This document shows, piece by piece, positions 1-11,229 of a DNA stretch of 38,983 nt (the stretch's first letter is position 1; each line of letters begins with the position of its first letter). The notes below the pieces were generated by a model. It did not search any database. It was given only the letters and a program-made list of their open reading frames with translations, and had not been told where the DNA came from. The translations under genes were made by a program, and so were the position numbers. The DNA is taken from assembly GCF_001194135.2 (NCBI RefSeq), contig NC_068985.1:55337852-55376834 (forward strand), written 5' to 3'. The stretch comes from Octopus bimaculoides (Eukaryota).

Positions 1-12
1 ACACACACACAC

Positions 13-49
<37 letters not shown>

Positions 50-60
50 CATATATATAC

Positions 61-218
61 GACGGGCTTCTTTCAGTTTCTGTCTACCAAATACACTCAC
101 AAAGCTTTGGTCGGCCCAAGGCTATAGTAGAAGACACTTGCCCAAGGTGCCATGCAGTGGGACTGAACCTGGAACCTTGTGGTTGGTAGGCAAGCTACTT
201 ATCACACAACCACTCCTT
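61..218 (-). mobile_element. SINE family A head
   Basis: Homologous to 2355-2515; preceded by (AC)n(AT)n at 1-60. Confidence 0.8.
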
Positions 219-224
219 ATATAT

Positions 225-440
225 GTATGTGTCTGTGTTTGTCCCCTGCACCATCTCTTGACAACTAATGTCAGTGTGCTTACATCCCCATAACTTAGCG
301 GTTCACCATGAAAGACTGATAGAATAAGTACTAGGCTTACAAAGTCCTGGAGGTGATTTCTTTGACTAAACCCCTTTCAGGTAGTGTTCCAGTATGGCCA
401 CAATCAAACGACTCAAATGAGTAAAAGAATAAAAGAATAT
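225..440 (+). mobile_element. SINE family A 3' body (CpG-decayed)
   Basis: gtttgtcccc...gatagaataagtactaggcttacaaag...gtaaaagaataaaagaata. Confidence 0.8.
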
Positions 441-452
441 TCTGTACTTTAA

Positions 453-656
453 CTCTTTTGTTAGACCGTTTTTATATTTCAATTTATTTTTAAAATTTCA
501 AAAAATTTTGCCATAAAATTTTTTTATTATTAAGCTGGTGTTTGTAACATTAATTAACATGAAATTTTAATGGGAAATTTAATTTAGATGACTTTCAAAA
601 GTAAGTTTGTATCATAGAACCAGCAGTAACTCTCAGGTAGATTTGTATCAAAAGGG
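453..656. mobile_element. piggyBac-like MITE (family E)
   Basis: ttaa|CTCTTTTGTTA ... TATCAAAAGGG|ttaa. Confidence 0.7.
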
Positions 657-1214
657 TTAAAGCATTGTTAAAGTAAATTTTATGCGATATATGTGAATGC
701 ATTTGCCTATGTTTCAGTGTTGCTGGTATTTCTGAGATGAAGCCTAATTGCCAAGGGTTGTAAACACTAGTGTAACTATTTCATGTCTTATTGCCCTTTA
801 TATCAGGTAATGCAGAATGGATTGTCTTTGATCTTAGACCTGCTAGACCAAAGCTCACCTGGGACTAAATAGCAATGACAGTAACCAGAACCATGTTGAA
901 TCTTACACATTCATTGTATGTATTGCATGATAGTGTCTATGTAATAGATGGCTCCTGACCTCTAGGCTAAATCACCACATATTTGTTTTGATGGTATTCT
1001 GAGCTACTTTCCCAATATGAATTAATTTATCTCTAGTTTTGTGATAATGTTGTTGTATCCATTTTGTTTTTTGACTCAGAGTGTGGAGAGTACCCTTGAC
1101 TCTTCTTGGGTCTCTGAAACTAGTGGTTGTGATGGTGGTGAAGGGTTAAAAAAGCAAAAAAAAAACGAGAAGTTATTTTCAACAGGAGTTCTGGCACAAA
1201 TTCTTGTAAAAGGA

Positions 1215-1400
1215 GTGGTTTTGGTTTCAGTCCTGCTGTGTGGCACCTTGACCAAGTGCCTTCTAGTATAGCCTTGGCTTGACCTAAGCCTTGTGGGTGG
1301 ATCTGGTAGATGGAAACTGAGAAAAAAACCCATTATGTGTGTGTATGTAGATAAATACATGCATACATATACATTACACACACACACACACACATACATA
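1215..1400 (+). mobile_element. SINE family A head, degenerate
   Basis: ggtttcagtcctgctgtgtggcaccttgaccaagtgccttctagtatagcc...ggtagatggaaactga, then a microsatellite. Confidence 0.7.
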
Positions 1401-1404
1401 TATA

Positions 1405-1672
1405 TTCAAGCGTGGTCGATGCCAGTACTGCCTGACTGGCACATAAAAAGCAGCATTCGAGCATGGCCTGTGCCAGTGCTGCCTGACTAGCACCTGTGCT
1501 TGTGGTACATAAAAATCACCCACTACACTCTCAGATGGTTGGTGTTAGGAAAGGCATCCAGCTGTAGAAACCTTGCCAAATCAGATTGGAGCCTGATGCA
1601 ACCTCCTGACTTGCCAGTTCTCAGTCAAACCGTCGAGCCCATGCCAGTATGTTAAACGACAATGATGATGAT
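1405..1672 (+). mobile_element. RTE/RTEX LINE 3' UTR fragment
   Basis: Homologous to 27600-27885; (GAT)n tail. Confidence 0.75.
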
Positions 1673-2109
1673 ATATAAAACCCATCAGATTAACCCTTCA
1701 GCATTTAAACCACCCATATCCAGCCCAAATGTTCTATCTGTTTTATGTTCAAACCAGCAAAATCCAGTCTCTCACACCTACCCTACAATGTCATTTTTAA
1801 AATATGCAATCACATCATTGAAATCTCAAAGTTATGAGATAAATGCATGATTAATTGAAAACAATGTGAATAAAAAAGCATTAGATTTGACAGGGTAATC
1901 TGAACGCTGAAACGTTAGTGTATTTTTTATAACTGAACATGAAAACAAACATTAACATATATATGTATGGTAGAACTTAGCATTACTTAGGGTGATCAAT
2001 CCCACTGTAATTCATATGATGGGTTAATCCTGGGTTCACTTTACTGGATTATGAATATTTTCAGGAGTGTAAATCCAAAACAATTACAATGAATTGAGAA
2101 ATAGGTACA

Positions 2110-2515
2110 TCTACTCTTTTACTCTTTTACTTGTTTCAGTCATTTGACTGTGACCATGCTGGAGCACCGCCTTTAGTCGAGAAAATCAACCCCAGGACTT
2201 ATTCTTTGTAAGCCTAGTACTTATTCTATCAGTCTCCTTTTGCCGAACTGCTAAGTTACAGGGACGTAAACACACCAGCATCGGTTGTCAAGCGATGGTG
2301 GGGGGACAAACACAGACACACAAACACACATACATATATATATATATACATATATACGACGGGCATCTTTCAGTTTCCATCTACCAAATCCACTCACAAG
2401 GCTTTGTTCGGCCCGAGGCTATAGTAGAAGACACTTCCCCAAGGTGCCATGCAGTGGGAATGAACCCAAAACTATGTGGCTGGTAAGCAAGCTACTTACC
2501 ATACAGCCACTCCTG
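2110..2515 (-). mobile_element. SINE family A, full-length (tRNA-like head, central motif, internal (TA)n/(TG)n tract, 3' body, AAAAGAGT tail)
   Basis: On the minus strand: A-box-like TGGCTGTATGG and B-box-like GGTTCATTCC, then ggcaccttgggRaagtgtcttctactatagcc, the microsatellite, and a body ending cagtcaaatgactgaaacaagtaaaagag. Confidence 0.85.
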
Positions 2516-2544
2516 TGCCTGCATATTTTTAATTTTTATTTTTA

Positions 2545-2900
2545 TTTGAGCATGGTCGATGCCAGTGTCACCTGACTGGTTCCCGTGCCAGTGGCATGTA
2601 AAAAGCACCATTTGAGCATGTCCGATGCCAGTGCCCCCTGACTGGCATGTAGAAAGCACCATTTGAGTGTGGTCAATGCCAGCGTCACCTGAGTAGCACT
2701 TGTGCTGATGGCACGTAAAAAGCACCCACTACACTCTTGGAGTGGTTAGCGTTAAGAAGGGCATCTAGATGTAGAAACCTTGTCAAATCAGACTGGAGTC
2801 TGATGCAGCCTCCCAGCTTGCTAGTCCTCAGTCAAATTGTCCAACCCATGCCAGCATAGAAAACAGATGTTTAACAACGACAACGATGATGATGATGAAT
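2545..2900 (+). mobile_element. RTE/RTEX LINE 3' UTR fragment with three ~50-65-bp subrepeats
   Basis: Homologous to 27480-27885; tail gacaacgatgatgatgat. Confidence 0.8.
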
Positions 2901-3134
2901 TAATTATACAGCATAAATGGTCTACATACTACCAACACCTGTTTCTGCTGCATAGAGAATTAGCTGTTGTATTAGCAACCAGCTATTTTCACCTATGCAC
3001 CTTTATCCAACATCTGTCCTCAAATGTAGTTCGAGGTGAACTAAGTTTATTTATGCATAGCTAATGTATTTTGCTAAGTTACTATGGTTTTAGATAGAAA
3101 AAAGAAAGTGAGGAGGAGATTTATAAACTTGATA

Positions 3135-3480
3135 TCATCATCATCATCATCATTGTTTAACGTCCGCTTTCCATGCTAGCATGGGTTGGACGATTTGACT
3201 GAGGACTGATGAACCAGATGGCTATGCCAGGCTCCAGTCTGATTTGGCAGAGTTTCTACAGCTAGATGCCCTTCCTAACGCCAACCACTCCGAGAGTGTA
3301 GTGGGTGCTTTTACGTGCCACCGGCACGAAGGCCAGTCAGGCGGTACTGGCAATGGCCATGCTCAAAATGGTGTATTTTACATGCCACCTGCACAGGAGC
3401 AATTCCAGCGGCACTGGCAACAATCTCACTCGAATGACTTTTCACGTGCCACCGGCACAAGTGCCAGGGCTATAAAAATT
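3135..3480 (-). mobile_element. RTE/RTEX LINE 3' UTR fragment
   Basis: (ATC)n then tttaacgtccgctttccatgctagcatggg..., the reverse complement of the LINE 3' end. Confidence 0.8.
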
Positions 3481-3887
3481 ACTTTGTCCTAGATCCTAAA
3501 GTAGGTAAAAGTGTATTTATCCATGTTTTATACAACAGCTAGGTATTAAATGAGATTAAATAAAAATAAATTAAATTGTATCAGATTAAATTATATATGT
3601 GTGGTATAAGGAACTTATGGCAATTTGAAAATTTTCCTGTGTAATTGAGTTTTAGATTATCTGCAGTGTCTATGTCCTACATGCATTGCTATAATTTATT
3701 AAAAAGATATTTTAATTCAATGAGAATATCATATTATCCTGACATCTATCCCATAAATTCAAGCACCTCCCATTTGTGTGATGGATTCTAACTTACCCAT
3801 CGCTTGTATGGAAGTATTTAAAGGTCCTCCTATGTAAATGCAAACATCTTAAGACTTGTTCCTGTCTACTGTTCAGCTACTGATGTT

Positions 3888-4176
3888 TAGATGTAAAAAT
3901 CTGGAAAATTTCCCCTATGCATAAGTTGCATCTTTTTCCTGTTATATAAGGTGCAGCTAAGCTAATTTTTTCCCATTCTATACTAAAGCTAGTATTTTTA
4001 TCTTTGAGGGACCATACAGATGTGCTTAAGATGTGTTAGTCATTTTCATCCTATTCTTAAATGAATTTAAGTGGTTTTCCAGTCTTGCCTTGAAGTTTGT
4101 TGAGCATGCACCAATATAGAAGTGGGAAGAGATGAAACTTATGCATAGAAGAAATTTTCCAGATTTTTACATCTAT
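3888..4176. repeat. Inverted repeat (~70-bp arms), probable MITE
   Basis: tagatgtaaaaatctggaaaatttcccctatgcataagttgcatct versus agatgaaacttatgcatagaagaaattttccagatttttacatcta. Confidence 0.7.
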
Positions 4177-4194
4177 ATATTTATATTGGTATAT

Positions 4195-4450
4195 ATCATC
4201 ATCATCATCATCGTTTAACGTCTGTTTCATGCTAGCATGGCTTGGACGATTTGACTGAACACTGGCGATCCAGATGGCTACACCAGGCTCCAATCTGATT
4301 TGGCAGAGTTTCTACAGCTGGATGCCCTTCCTAACACCAACCACTCCAAGAGTGTAGTGGGTGCTTTTACATGCCACCGGCACAAAGGCCAGTCAGGTGG
4401 TACTGGCAATGGCCACGCTCAAAATGGTGTATTTTACGTGCCACCTGCAC
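4195..4450 (-). mobile_element. RTE/RTEX LINE 3' UTR fragment
   Basis: Near-collinear with 3135-3400. Confidence 0.8.
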
Positions 4451-4461
4451 AATATATATAT

Positions 4462-4802
4462 CAACAAGGATATCCAGAGGTAATGCAGTACAATCGTTTC
4501 ATGCAACCCCATTTAATTGAACAATGTAATCATTACATCAATTTAAAATGCAGAGCAATCCTCAGCTAAACAAAGACATATTATTGTTATCATTATTATC
4601 ATGATTATTGTTATTTGTCTCTGAATCAACAGGATGTCTTTGTGCAGCTGAGGATTGCTCTGCATTTTAAATTGATGTAATGATTACATTGTTCAATTAA
4701 ATGGAGTTGCATGAAACGATCGTACTGCATTACCTCNNNNNNNNNNATTAAATGGAGTTGCATGAAACGATCGTACTGCATTACCTCTGGATATCCTTGT
4801 TG
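4462..4802. repeat. Fold-back/MITE with ~118-bp inverted arms; a diverged relative of the arm lies at ~4925-5060
   Basis: caacaaggatatccagaggtaatgcagtac...caaagacat (4462-4579) versus atgtctttgt...ggatatccttgttg (4634-4802, after collapsing the duplicated gap flanks). Confidence 0.8.
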
Positions 4803-5285
4803 CTTATTTTGATTTTAATCACCTTATTTTCAAATTGTATGGATAATACTGTACTAAATTCTGGTGCCTCAACCTAAGTACCATATTCACCTGAATCTAT
4901 ATATATATATATATATCAAACAATAAGCAACACGGATTTCAAAAGTGATTGCAGTTCGCCCGTTTCATGCTACTTCAATTTATTTAAGTAATGTGAGCAT
5001 TACCTTAAATGCAATATGAAGAGCAATCTTCAGCTGCACGAAAAAATGCAGAAAAAAGACATATTACAAATGTGGCAACATATTAAAACCAAGTGGGAGA
5101 GAGCATACATAAAATCCAAATGTGAGGAAGAATATATAAGTCCATGGACTTATATATTCTTCCTCACATTTGGATTTTATGTATGCTCTCTCCCACTTGG
5201 TTTTAATATGTTGCCACATTTGTAATATGTCTTTTTTCTGCATTTTTTCGTGCAGCTGAAGATTGCTCTTCATATTGCATTTAAG

Positions 5286-5694
5286 NNNNNNNNNNNNNNN
5301 NNNNNNNNNNNNNNNNNNNNNNNNNNNNNNNNNNNNNNNNNNNNNNNNNNNNNNNNNNNNNNNNNNNNNNNNNNNNNNNNNNNNNNNNNNNNNNNNNNNN
5401 NNNNNNNNNNNNNNNNNNNNNNNNNNNNNNNNNNNNNNNNNNNNNNNNNNNNNNNNNNNNNNNNNNNNNNNNNNNNNNNNNNNNNNNNNNNNNNNNNNNN
5501 NNNNNNNNNNNNNNNNNNNNNNNNNNNNNNNNNNNNNNNNNNNNNNNNNNNNNNNNNNNNNNNNNNNNNNNNNNNNNNNNNNNNNNNNNNNNNNNNNNNN
5601 NNNNNNNNNNNNNNNNNNNNNNNNNNNNNNNNNNNNNNNNNNNNNNNNNNNNNNNNNNNNNNNNNNNNNNNNNNNNNNNNNNNNNNNNNNNNNN
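5286..5694. other. Assembly gap (409 N). Other gaps: 4737-4746, 11770-11779, 28072-28684, 36621-36865
   Basis: Runs of N in the sequence. Confidence 1.
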
Positions 5695-5717
5695 AAACGA
5701 TGATGATGATGATATAT

Positions 5718-6025
5718 CAATAAGAAAATGGAGGGGAATATGTAGTACTCATCAACTTGCAGACACTGTACTATGTTAATTAACCTATTTATTTTTCAAC
5801 CAAAAGGACAATAAAGACAATATACAAACACATATGACACACTATGTCATATCAAATTTTTAATTTTTAATTTTTAATTTTTAATTGTTGATATCACATA
5901 GTGTGTCATATGTATTTGTATATTGTCTTTATTGTCCTTTTGGTTGAAAAATAAATAGGTTAATTAACATAGTACAGTGTCTGCAGGTTGATGAGTACCA
6001 CATATTCCCCTCCATTTTCTTATTG
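5718..6025. repeat. Long fold-back: 138-bp arms, 32-bp (AATTTTT)n spacer
   Basis: Arms 5718-5855 and 5888-6025 are reverse complements with 4 mismatches by manual alignment. Confidence 0.9.
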
Positions 6026-6246
6026 CTATATAAATTTAGGGTAAAACCTCCTTTTACCCGCACCCACTTATTGCACTTGGTAAAAACACTAGTGTAATAA
6101 TAATTGGGTACCCTCCAAGCAGTATATTGGATAGATATTTTCCCTTAGTGGGTTGGATTCATAACCCCTAACTCTCTTAGATTATTATATATATATATAT
6201 ATATATATACCGGAGTAAGCACATAAATGTGCAACAAGGTAGAGAA

Positions 6247-6278
<32 letters not shown>

Positions 6279-6444
6279 GCACATATGGGGAGATGTCCTT
6301 TAATTGACACTACTTGGAGGCTCCCTTGTTTCAGGACTGCATCATCAATATATTTTGTATACCATGTATACTTTTCATCTCATTTCTCCACCACTCGCCC
6401 TTTCTTCCCATCGCCTGATTTTATAACCTCAAACAGACTCTAAC

Positions 6445-6635
6445 TTGACAGAATCATTAGAGTGCCTGACAAAATGTTTGCTGGTATTTATTCTGGTTCT
6501 TTATATTTTGAGTTCAAATTTTTCTGAGCTTGACTGCTTTTCATCCTGCTTGGGTTGAGCCCTGGGGGAAATGAACAGTTCCCTTAAAATTGCTGCCTTG
6601 TGCCAAAATTTGAAACTGTTATTATTATTATGATT
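6445..6635 (+). mobile_element. SINE family C copy
   Basis: ttgacagaatcattagagtgcctgac...gagttcaaattt...tttcatcct...ttgtgccaaaatttgaaac then (TTA)n. Confidence 0.7.
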
Positions 6636-6969
6636 ATTATTATTTGTGTCTGAATCAACAGGATGTTTGTTTGCAACTTGTAAGTTTCCTTTAAAATTTG
6701 TTGTTTTATTAGTTGGTATTCCAAATTTTTTAAGACTATTAACTAAATAACTCAGCTCTCTGCAAATGGGGTGAGCTGGCCTAGTGAGAATTCACATTTT
6801 AAGGGTGAATTCTGAGATTTTAAATTGCAAATTTAATGTTTTAAAACAAAAAATATCAATATGGCTTCCCAAATCAAGGGAAGTGAAGGCAGTTGGAACA
6901 GCTGTTTTGATATTGTTTTCCTGCCATTTAGATGATGTGGTCAGAAAAGAAAGTACAGAGAACAGCAGC

Positions 6970-8520
6970 AACAACAACAGCAAACACATAGACCTGGCTG
7001 GAACTGTCCTAAAGGAATACAAGGTGGTGACAGGAGTAAATATTGAGCAAGAAAATCAGTGATCTTGCAGCTTGGCACCTGGAGAGACAGGTCCATGCCA
7101 TCCAATGACATTGTGGGACACTGGATGTGGGAACTGGTTAAATTGCTCAGGGTCTGGTTTGGTCTGGATCTCCAGGTGGAGAAGAACCGGGATGAAATGA
7201 TGAGCAAGGTGGCCAGTTTCACCCAGAAATGGGCCAAGAGGTTGAGCAGAAGTAGCAAGTACTTACATCACGTCCATTATATATTATCACCTGACCATTG
7301 TGCCTTGCCCCACTTTATGTCTGACCAAAGTGGAACACGTGCTTTTCTGTTTTCTGTGGAAGGGACATGTTCCACTGGTCAGGTGCTCCATTTACTGTTA
7401 AAACCTGCTGAATGGAGGGCTGGGTATGTCATGACTGCTGATGTACAGACATGTGCTGAGGCTATGACACATCCAGCACTTCCTTGACGGTGATCAGGTA
7501 TGGTTGCTGTTTATCAGACAAGATTTTCCACAGCTTGTCTCTTTGACCGAGATGCAGTCTTGGATCAAATGTAGACCAAGGTAGGGTGCCTGGCACCTAG
7601 AGTGCTGTCAGGCACTCACAATCTTCTGTTAGTCAGGCAATGTGGTCATAGAAGTTTCACTCTGGCATTCTATAGAGGGTAAGTGTTGGGCAAGGGTGAC
7701 AACATTCTCAGGGAGACTCTGGGTGTTGATGAGAATCAACTGGCTGGTTTGTTCTGGGGAACTTTCGGGCTGGGGCCTATGGTTGATTTCCAGAAATCCT
7801 TAGCTGGGCAGTGCTACCAGGGGCCATTACTAGTTTGGGATAAATTCTACAGACATGGAAGTGCTGTAAGCCAGACTTGCCTGTGAAGTGCACAGAGTGT
7901 TCTGTACACTCTTGTCCAGTGCTTAAACATTGCTAACTTGTCAGTTTGTGTTGTCATGTGTAAGATGGACTGAGCTATCAGTTGAGTCCATTGTGAAGAT
8001 TAACCCACTGCTTTCCTTTAGCTGGGAAGGGTAGGCAGTGTTTCTCTGTCTGGTAGCTTTAGCAAAAGAGGTTGTGTGGTCAAACAGATTGAACTCTTCA
8101 GCCAAGCCCTCAACTTTTTGAAGTTTCACTTGAAACGGAAAGTGAGGGTAGCAAGGGTAGTGTTACCTCACAGCAATTTTGTTAAAAGATGGGTGAATGT
8201 TGCAAGCATGGTCTGATTGAACAGGCCTACTCTTAACATGTGCTTGTAGGTTGAAGGAGGACAATGTTGAGAAGGTGCTTGCCCTAGTGGTCAGGGTGAC
8301 CGAAGTTTGGTGGGGGTCTCCATTAGCAGCCCTAAGAAGTCTTCCTCTTTCGGGAATTATTCATTGTTATGATTTTTTTATTGTGACTGTTTTTTTTTTA
8401 CTTTTTACATGCCTTTTATGTAACCCCACATTGTATTGTCCTGTAGCATCACCATGTGAACCCTTAATGGTTAATAAAGAAAATATTATTATTATAATTA
8501 TAATTATTATTATTCTCATT
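6970..8520 (+). mobile_element. Tx1/L1-like LINE relic, copy 1 (5'-truncated ORF2 end, 3' UTR, AATAAA, (ATT)n tail)
   Basis: KEYKVVTGVNI..LQLGTWRDRSMP..VKLLRVWFGLDLQVEKN; degenerate zinc knuckle near 7875-7922; AATAAA at 8473-8478; (ATT)n at 8483-8512. Confidence 0.8.
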
Positions 8521-8529
8521 CAGTGACCA

Positions 8530-9180
8530 AGCATTGTTGACTTGTGGGGTTATGTTGAACAGCTGCTGTCACATGTAGGATGGATTTGTCTGTCGGCCAA
8601 ATCTATAATGATGATTGCAATACTGCCCTCCTTCAATTGGGCAGGCAAGGCAGTTTTCCTTTGGTGGACAAGGCTAAAAGGCATGAAGACAGATATATTC
8701 CTCTTTGGTAGATCTCTCATTGACTTCTTCAAGTTTCACCTGAAAAGGAAATTGAGGGTGGAGAAGGAAGTGCTGTCCTCGAGTGAGTTTGTTGAAAGGT
8801 GGGTGAAAGTTGCAAAAATGGTAAGAGTGGACGGTACCTCTCTAAGTGTAGACCTGTGAGTCGGAGACAAGGAATTGGAGAGGGCACTTGCTCCTGGGGT
8901 TTCCAGGAAATCTCAGACAGTGGGGTTCCTCAATTATCTCTAGAGGTCTTCCTGTACCAGGAAAGTTACACCTCTATCATCCTCCCTGCCATTTTTTTTA
9001 AACCTTTGTATGCTATTCATATGTCCCTTCCTTTTCAGTGTATACTGTGTATACTTTTTTTTCTTTTTTTTTTTATGATTTCATTATATGTGAACCCCAA
9101 CATTTTATGTCTGTCTTTGTATTGTCCCCCTCATCCTTTGCCCTTGTGGCGAATAAATGAAATCATTATTATTGTTGTTG
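8530..9180 (+). mobile_element. Tx1/L1-like LINE relic, copy 2 (short 3' end of a related subfamily)
   Basis: MWGYVEQLLSHVGW...FFKFHLKRKLRVEKEVL..FVERWVKVAKMV is homologous to 7930-8250. AATAAA at 9152-9157, then an attattattgttgttg tail. Confidence 0.8.
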
Positions 9181-9253
9181 TTTCCAGATTAAATTTTTAA
9201 AATGAATTTTACAAACTACATCTTTCCTTTATTCTGTTGTCTTCAAACTATAG

Positions 9254-9430
9254 GATCGACAACTGTATTGGTGCCAATAACCACCGAATATTCATAGTCT
9301 GCATGATATTTTTTCTATTCTGCGGTCTGTATGGTTCTCATTTAACATTTACCACAGTGTGTACACCAGAGATGTATTTTAACTGGATTCTCTTCCCAAA
9401 TGATTGTAGATTTATCTACAGTGACTTCCA
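9254..9430 (+). CDS. ZDHHC23: Penultimate coding exon of a ZDHHC23-like DHHC palmitoyltransferase: (W)IDNCIGANNHRIFIVCMIFFLFCGLYGSHLTFTTVCTPEMYFNWILFPNDCRFIYSDF(Q)
   Basis: Acceptor tag at 9251-9253 and donor gtaagt at 9431. The peptide matches the segment immediately after DHHC (W-I-x-N-C-[IV]-G-x-x-N-H-R) plus a TM helix. The phase-2 end (CA) joins the next exon in frame. Subfamily assignment is from recalled similarity to human ZDHHC23, not a database search. Confidence 0.9.
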
Positions 9431-9489
9431 GTAAGTAAAAGAACATAAAAAATATTTCTTCTTTTGTTGTGATTATTAGCTATGTGTAC

Positions 9490-10090
9490 TGTTTTAGAGA
9501 TTACCCTATGCTATGTCTATCTCTCCACTCACATGTCATTTCCCTTTCTCTCATCCTTCTCCTGTCTATTATATTATTACTATTCTGTTGGTCTCCACCC
9601 CTTCTGAACTGCCAGTCAACACCTACACTTCACACTCTCTCTTCAACTCTTATGTATCATTGATTACTCCTTCACCATTCACTATATTCACCCCTCAACC
9701 CTATCCATTCTCTAGTCATCATCTACTGTCCCCTATCTTCTAGCTAACATATTTATCATCGACCCCACCCCACTTCAACCCATGTTCTTAATTAGTTTAT
9801 TTGAACAACTACTCCATCTCTAACCATCTCCTATTTTTCTTATACACTCTTGCAAACCCTATCTACCCACCCTTCGCATTTCTGCCCAACCTCCAGGGCC
9901 CACTCTGATACTTCATCACCATTATTTTACCCCACTTTCCAGCCCCACACTTATTATTCCCACCCACCCTTGTATAAATTGAGAAGCTATGTATTTCCTC
10001 TACAGCTAAAGACTTGTTCCCGCCCCTCTTTCGTACCTTTCATCATCTAACATAAAGCTACCCCCACCACCCTTTACTATAGCCATATCA
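9490..10090. repeat. Pyrimidine-rich (C/T) low-complexity tract; similar tracts at ~12230-12800 (purine-rich) and ~19640-20070
   Basis: Strong strand-asymmetric composition and no coherent ORF. Confidence 0.55.
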
Positions 10091-10414
10091 CTTGTAAGTG
10101 CAAGTGATCTTAGCATTTAGATTATTGTCAGATTTAATGCTTATTTATTCACATTGTTTTGAATTAGTCATGTATTACCTTGTAGCTTTGAGATTTTGAT
10201 GATCTGATTTTTGATATTTAGATTGACATTGTAGCATAAGTGTGAGAGGTTGAATCTGGCCTGTTTGAACATAAAGCAAATAAGATATTTTGGCCAGATA
10301 TGGCTAGTTTAAATACTTAAGAGTTAATTATGTTAATACAAAAATTACCTAATCATTAAAGACAACAGAAATTAGCAAAAATCATTTATGACCTGAACAA
10401 TAATCTGTTACACT

Positions 10415-10690
10415 GTGTAACATGATTTTTGTTCTTAGATAGCAACTATTATTTCCTATTTGCTTACCCATAGAAAGTATGAAAAATGGCTATTTCCTTC
10501 AAACTTTGCTTTTGTTACATTTATTCAAACCCCAAAGAATTCCTCCCCAACTACTCCTGCTCATGATCAGAGATGCACATATTGTCAGTCACTAAGGGAT
10601 ATGTTTAAGTGGTTACAGTCAAGCAACTGACAAGCAAATATGTGGTATTGAGCAGAATATTTGTTACAATGATATTTCTGCTTCAGCAAC
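10415..10690. repeat. Dispersed repeat also present at ~38360-38585 (unclassified, probably DNA-transposon-derived)
   Basis: gatttttgttcttagatagcaact...tttccttcaaactttgcttttgttacattt...gatgcacatattgtcag shared with 38365-38560. Confidence 0.7.
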
Positions 10691-11229
10691 TCAGTGCTGA
10701 ATCTGTCTGAAATGTAATGGAAAACAGGTCAGTTTCAAAACATTGATGTCCTAAGCACAAAGCAAAGTTTGAAGGGAATAGTAGTCATTTCCCTTGATTT
10801 CTAAATAGAACCAAATAAGAACACTTCCTGACCAAAGACAAAAAAATTTTTTTACACAATATTGTCTTGTCTCCAAAATTCTGTGCTTCCTGAAATTAGT
10901 CAACATTACTCTTGATGTGCCAAAGCACCCTTTCCTTTTTATGGCTATTTTATTGTTCCCTTTCTTGCTTTTTTATGTTTTATCCATTGTACTATGTATA
11001 TATATATATATATCTAGTTTTCATTGCTGTCTTTTCTTAGTTGATTTATATGTCTGTTTTCTGTCCCCTCATGTAACTTTTTCTGATGAGCTGCAGTGCA
11101 ACTGAGCAGTGTATTGAAAAGGCTCATTATTATTATGACAGTATTGTTTTAAAACTTTTACTTGGCATCACACAAATAACCAAATAACTAACTATGAATT
11201 TAACAATATTCTATTCTCTTGTTTTCCAG

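Noticed and set aside
4696-4787. Direct duplications across the 10-N gaps (4696-4736/4747-4787 and ~11737-11769/11780-11813)
   Set aside because: These are overlapping contig ends (probably haplotypes) that were not merged, not biological tandem repeats.
5004-5285. Perfect 282-bp spacerless palindrome centred on CCA|TGG (5144/5145)
   Set aside because: It has zero mismatches although the arm includes an old, diverged repeat, and it ends exactly at an assembly gap. This is most likely a fold-back read or assembly artefact. The twin 69-aa 'ORFs' on both strands are a by-product. Long reads would settle it.
1-9253. Search for the upstream ZDHHC23 exon carrying CxxC...DHHC
   Set aside because: No in-frame DHHC-CV-W(phase 2) exon with splice sites was found by eye. 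Candidates at ~1080, ~3655 and ~6335 lack the motif. The exon may lie in the 5286-5694 gap or upstream of the window.
11085-11130. CTGATGAG...GAAA resembling a hammerhead ribozyme core
   Set aside because: Stem II (CTGC/GCAG) is separated from GAAA by six extra nucleotides, and no convincing stems I/III with an NUH site were found. No canonical hammerhead was seen elsewhere by eye; an Infernal or RNAMotif scan would be decisive.
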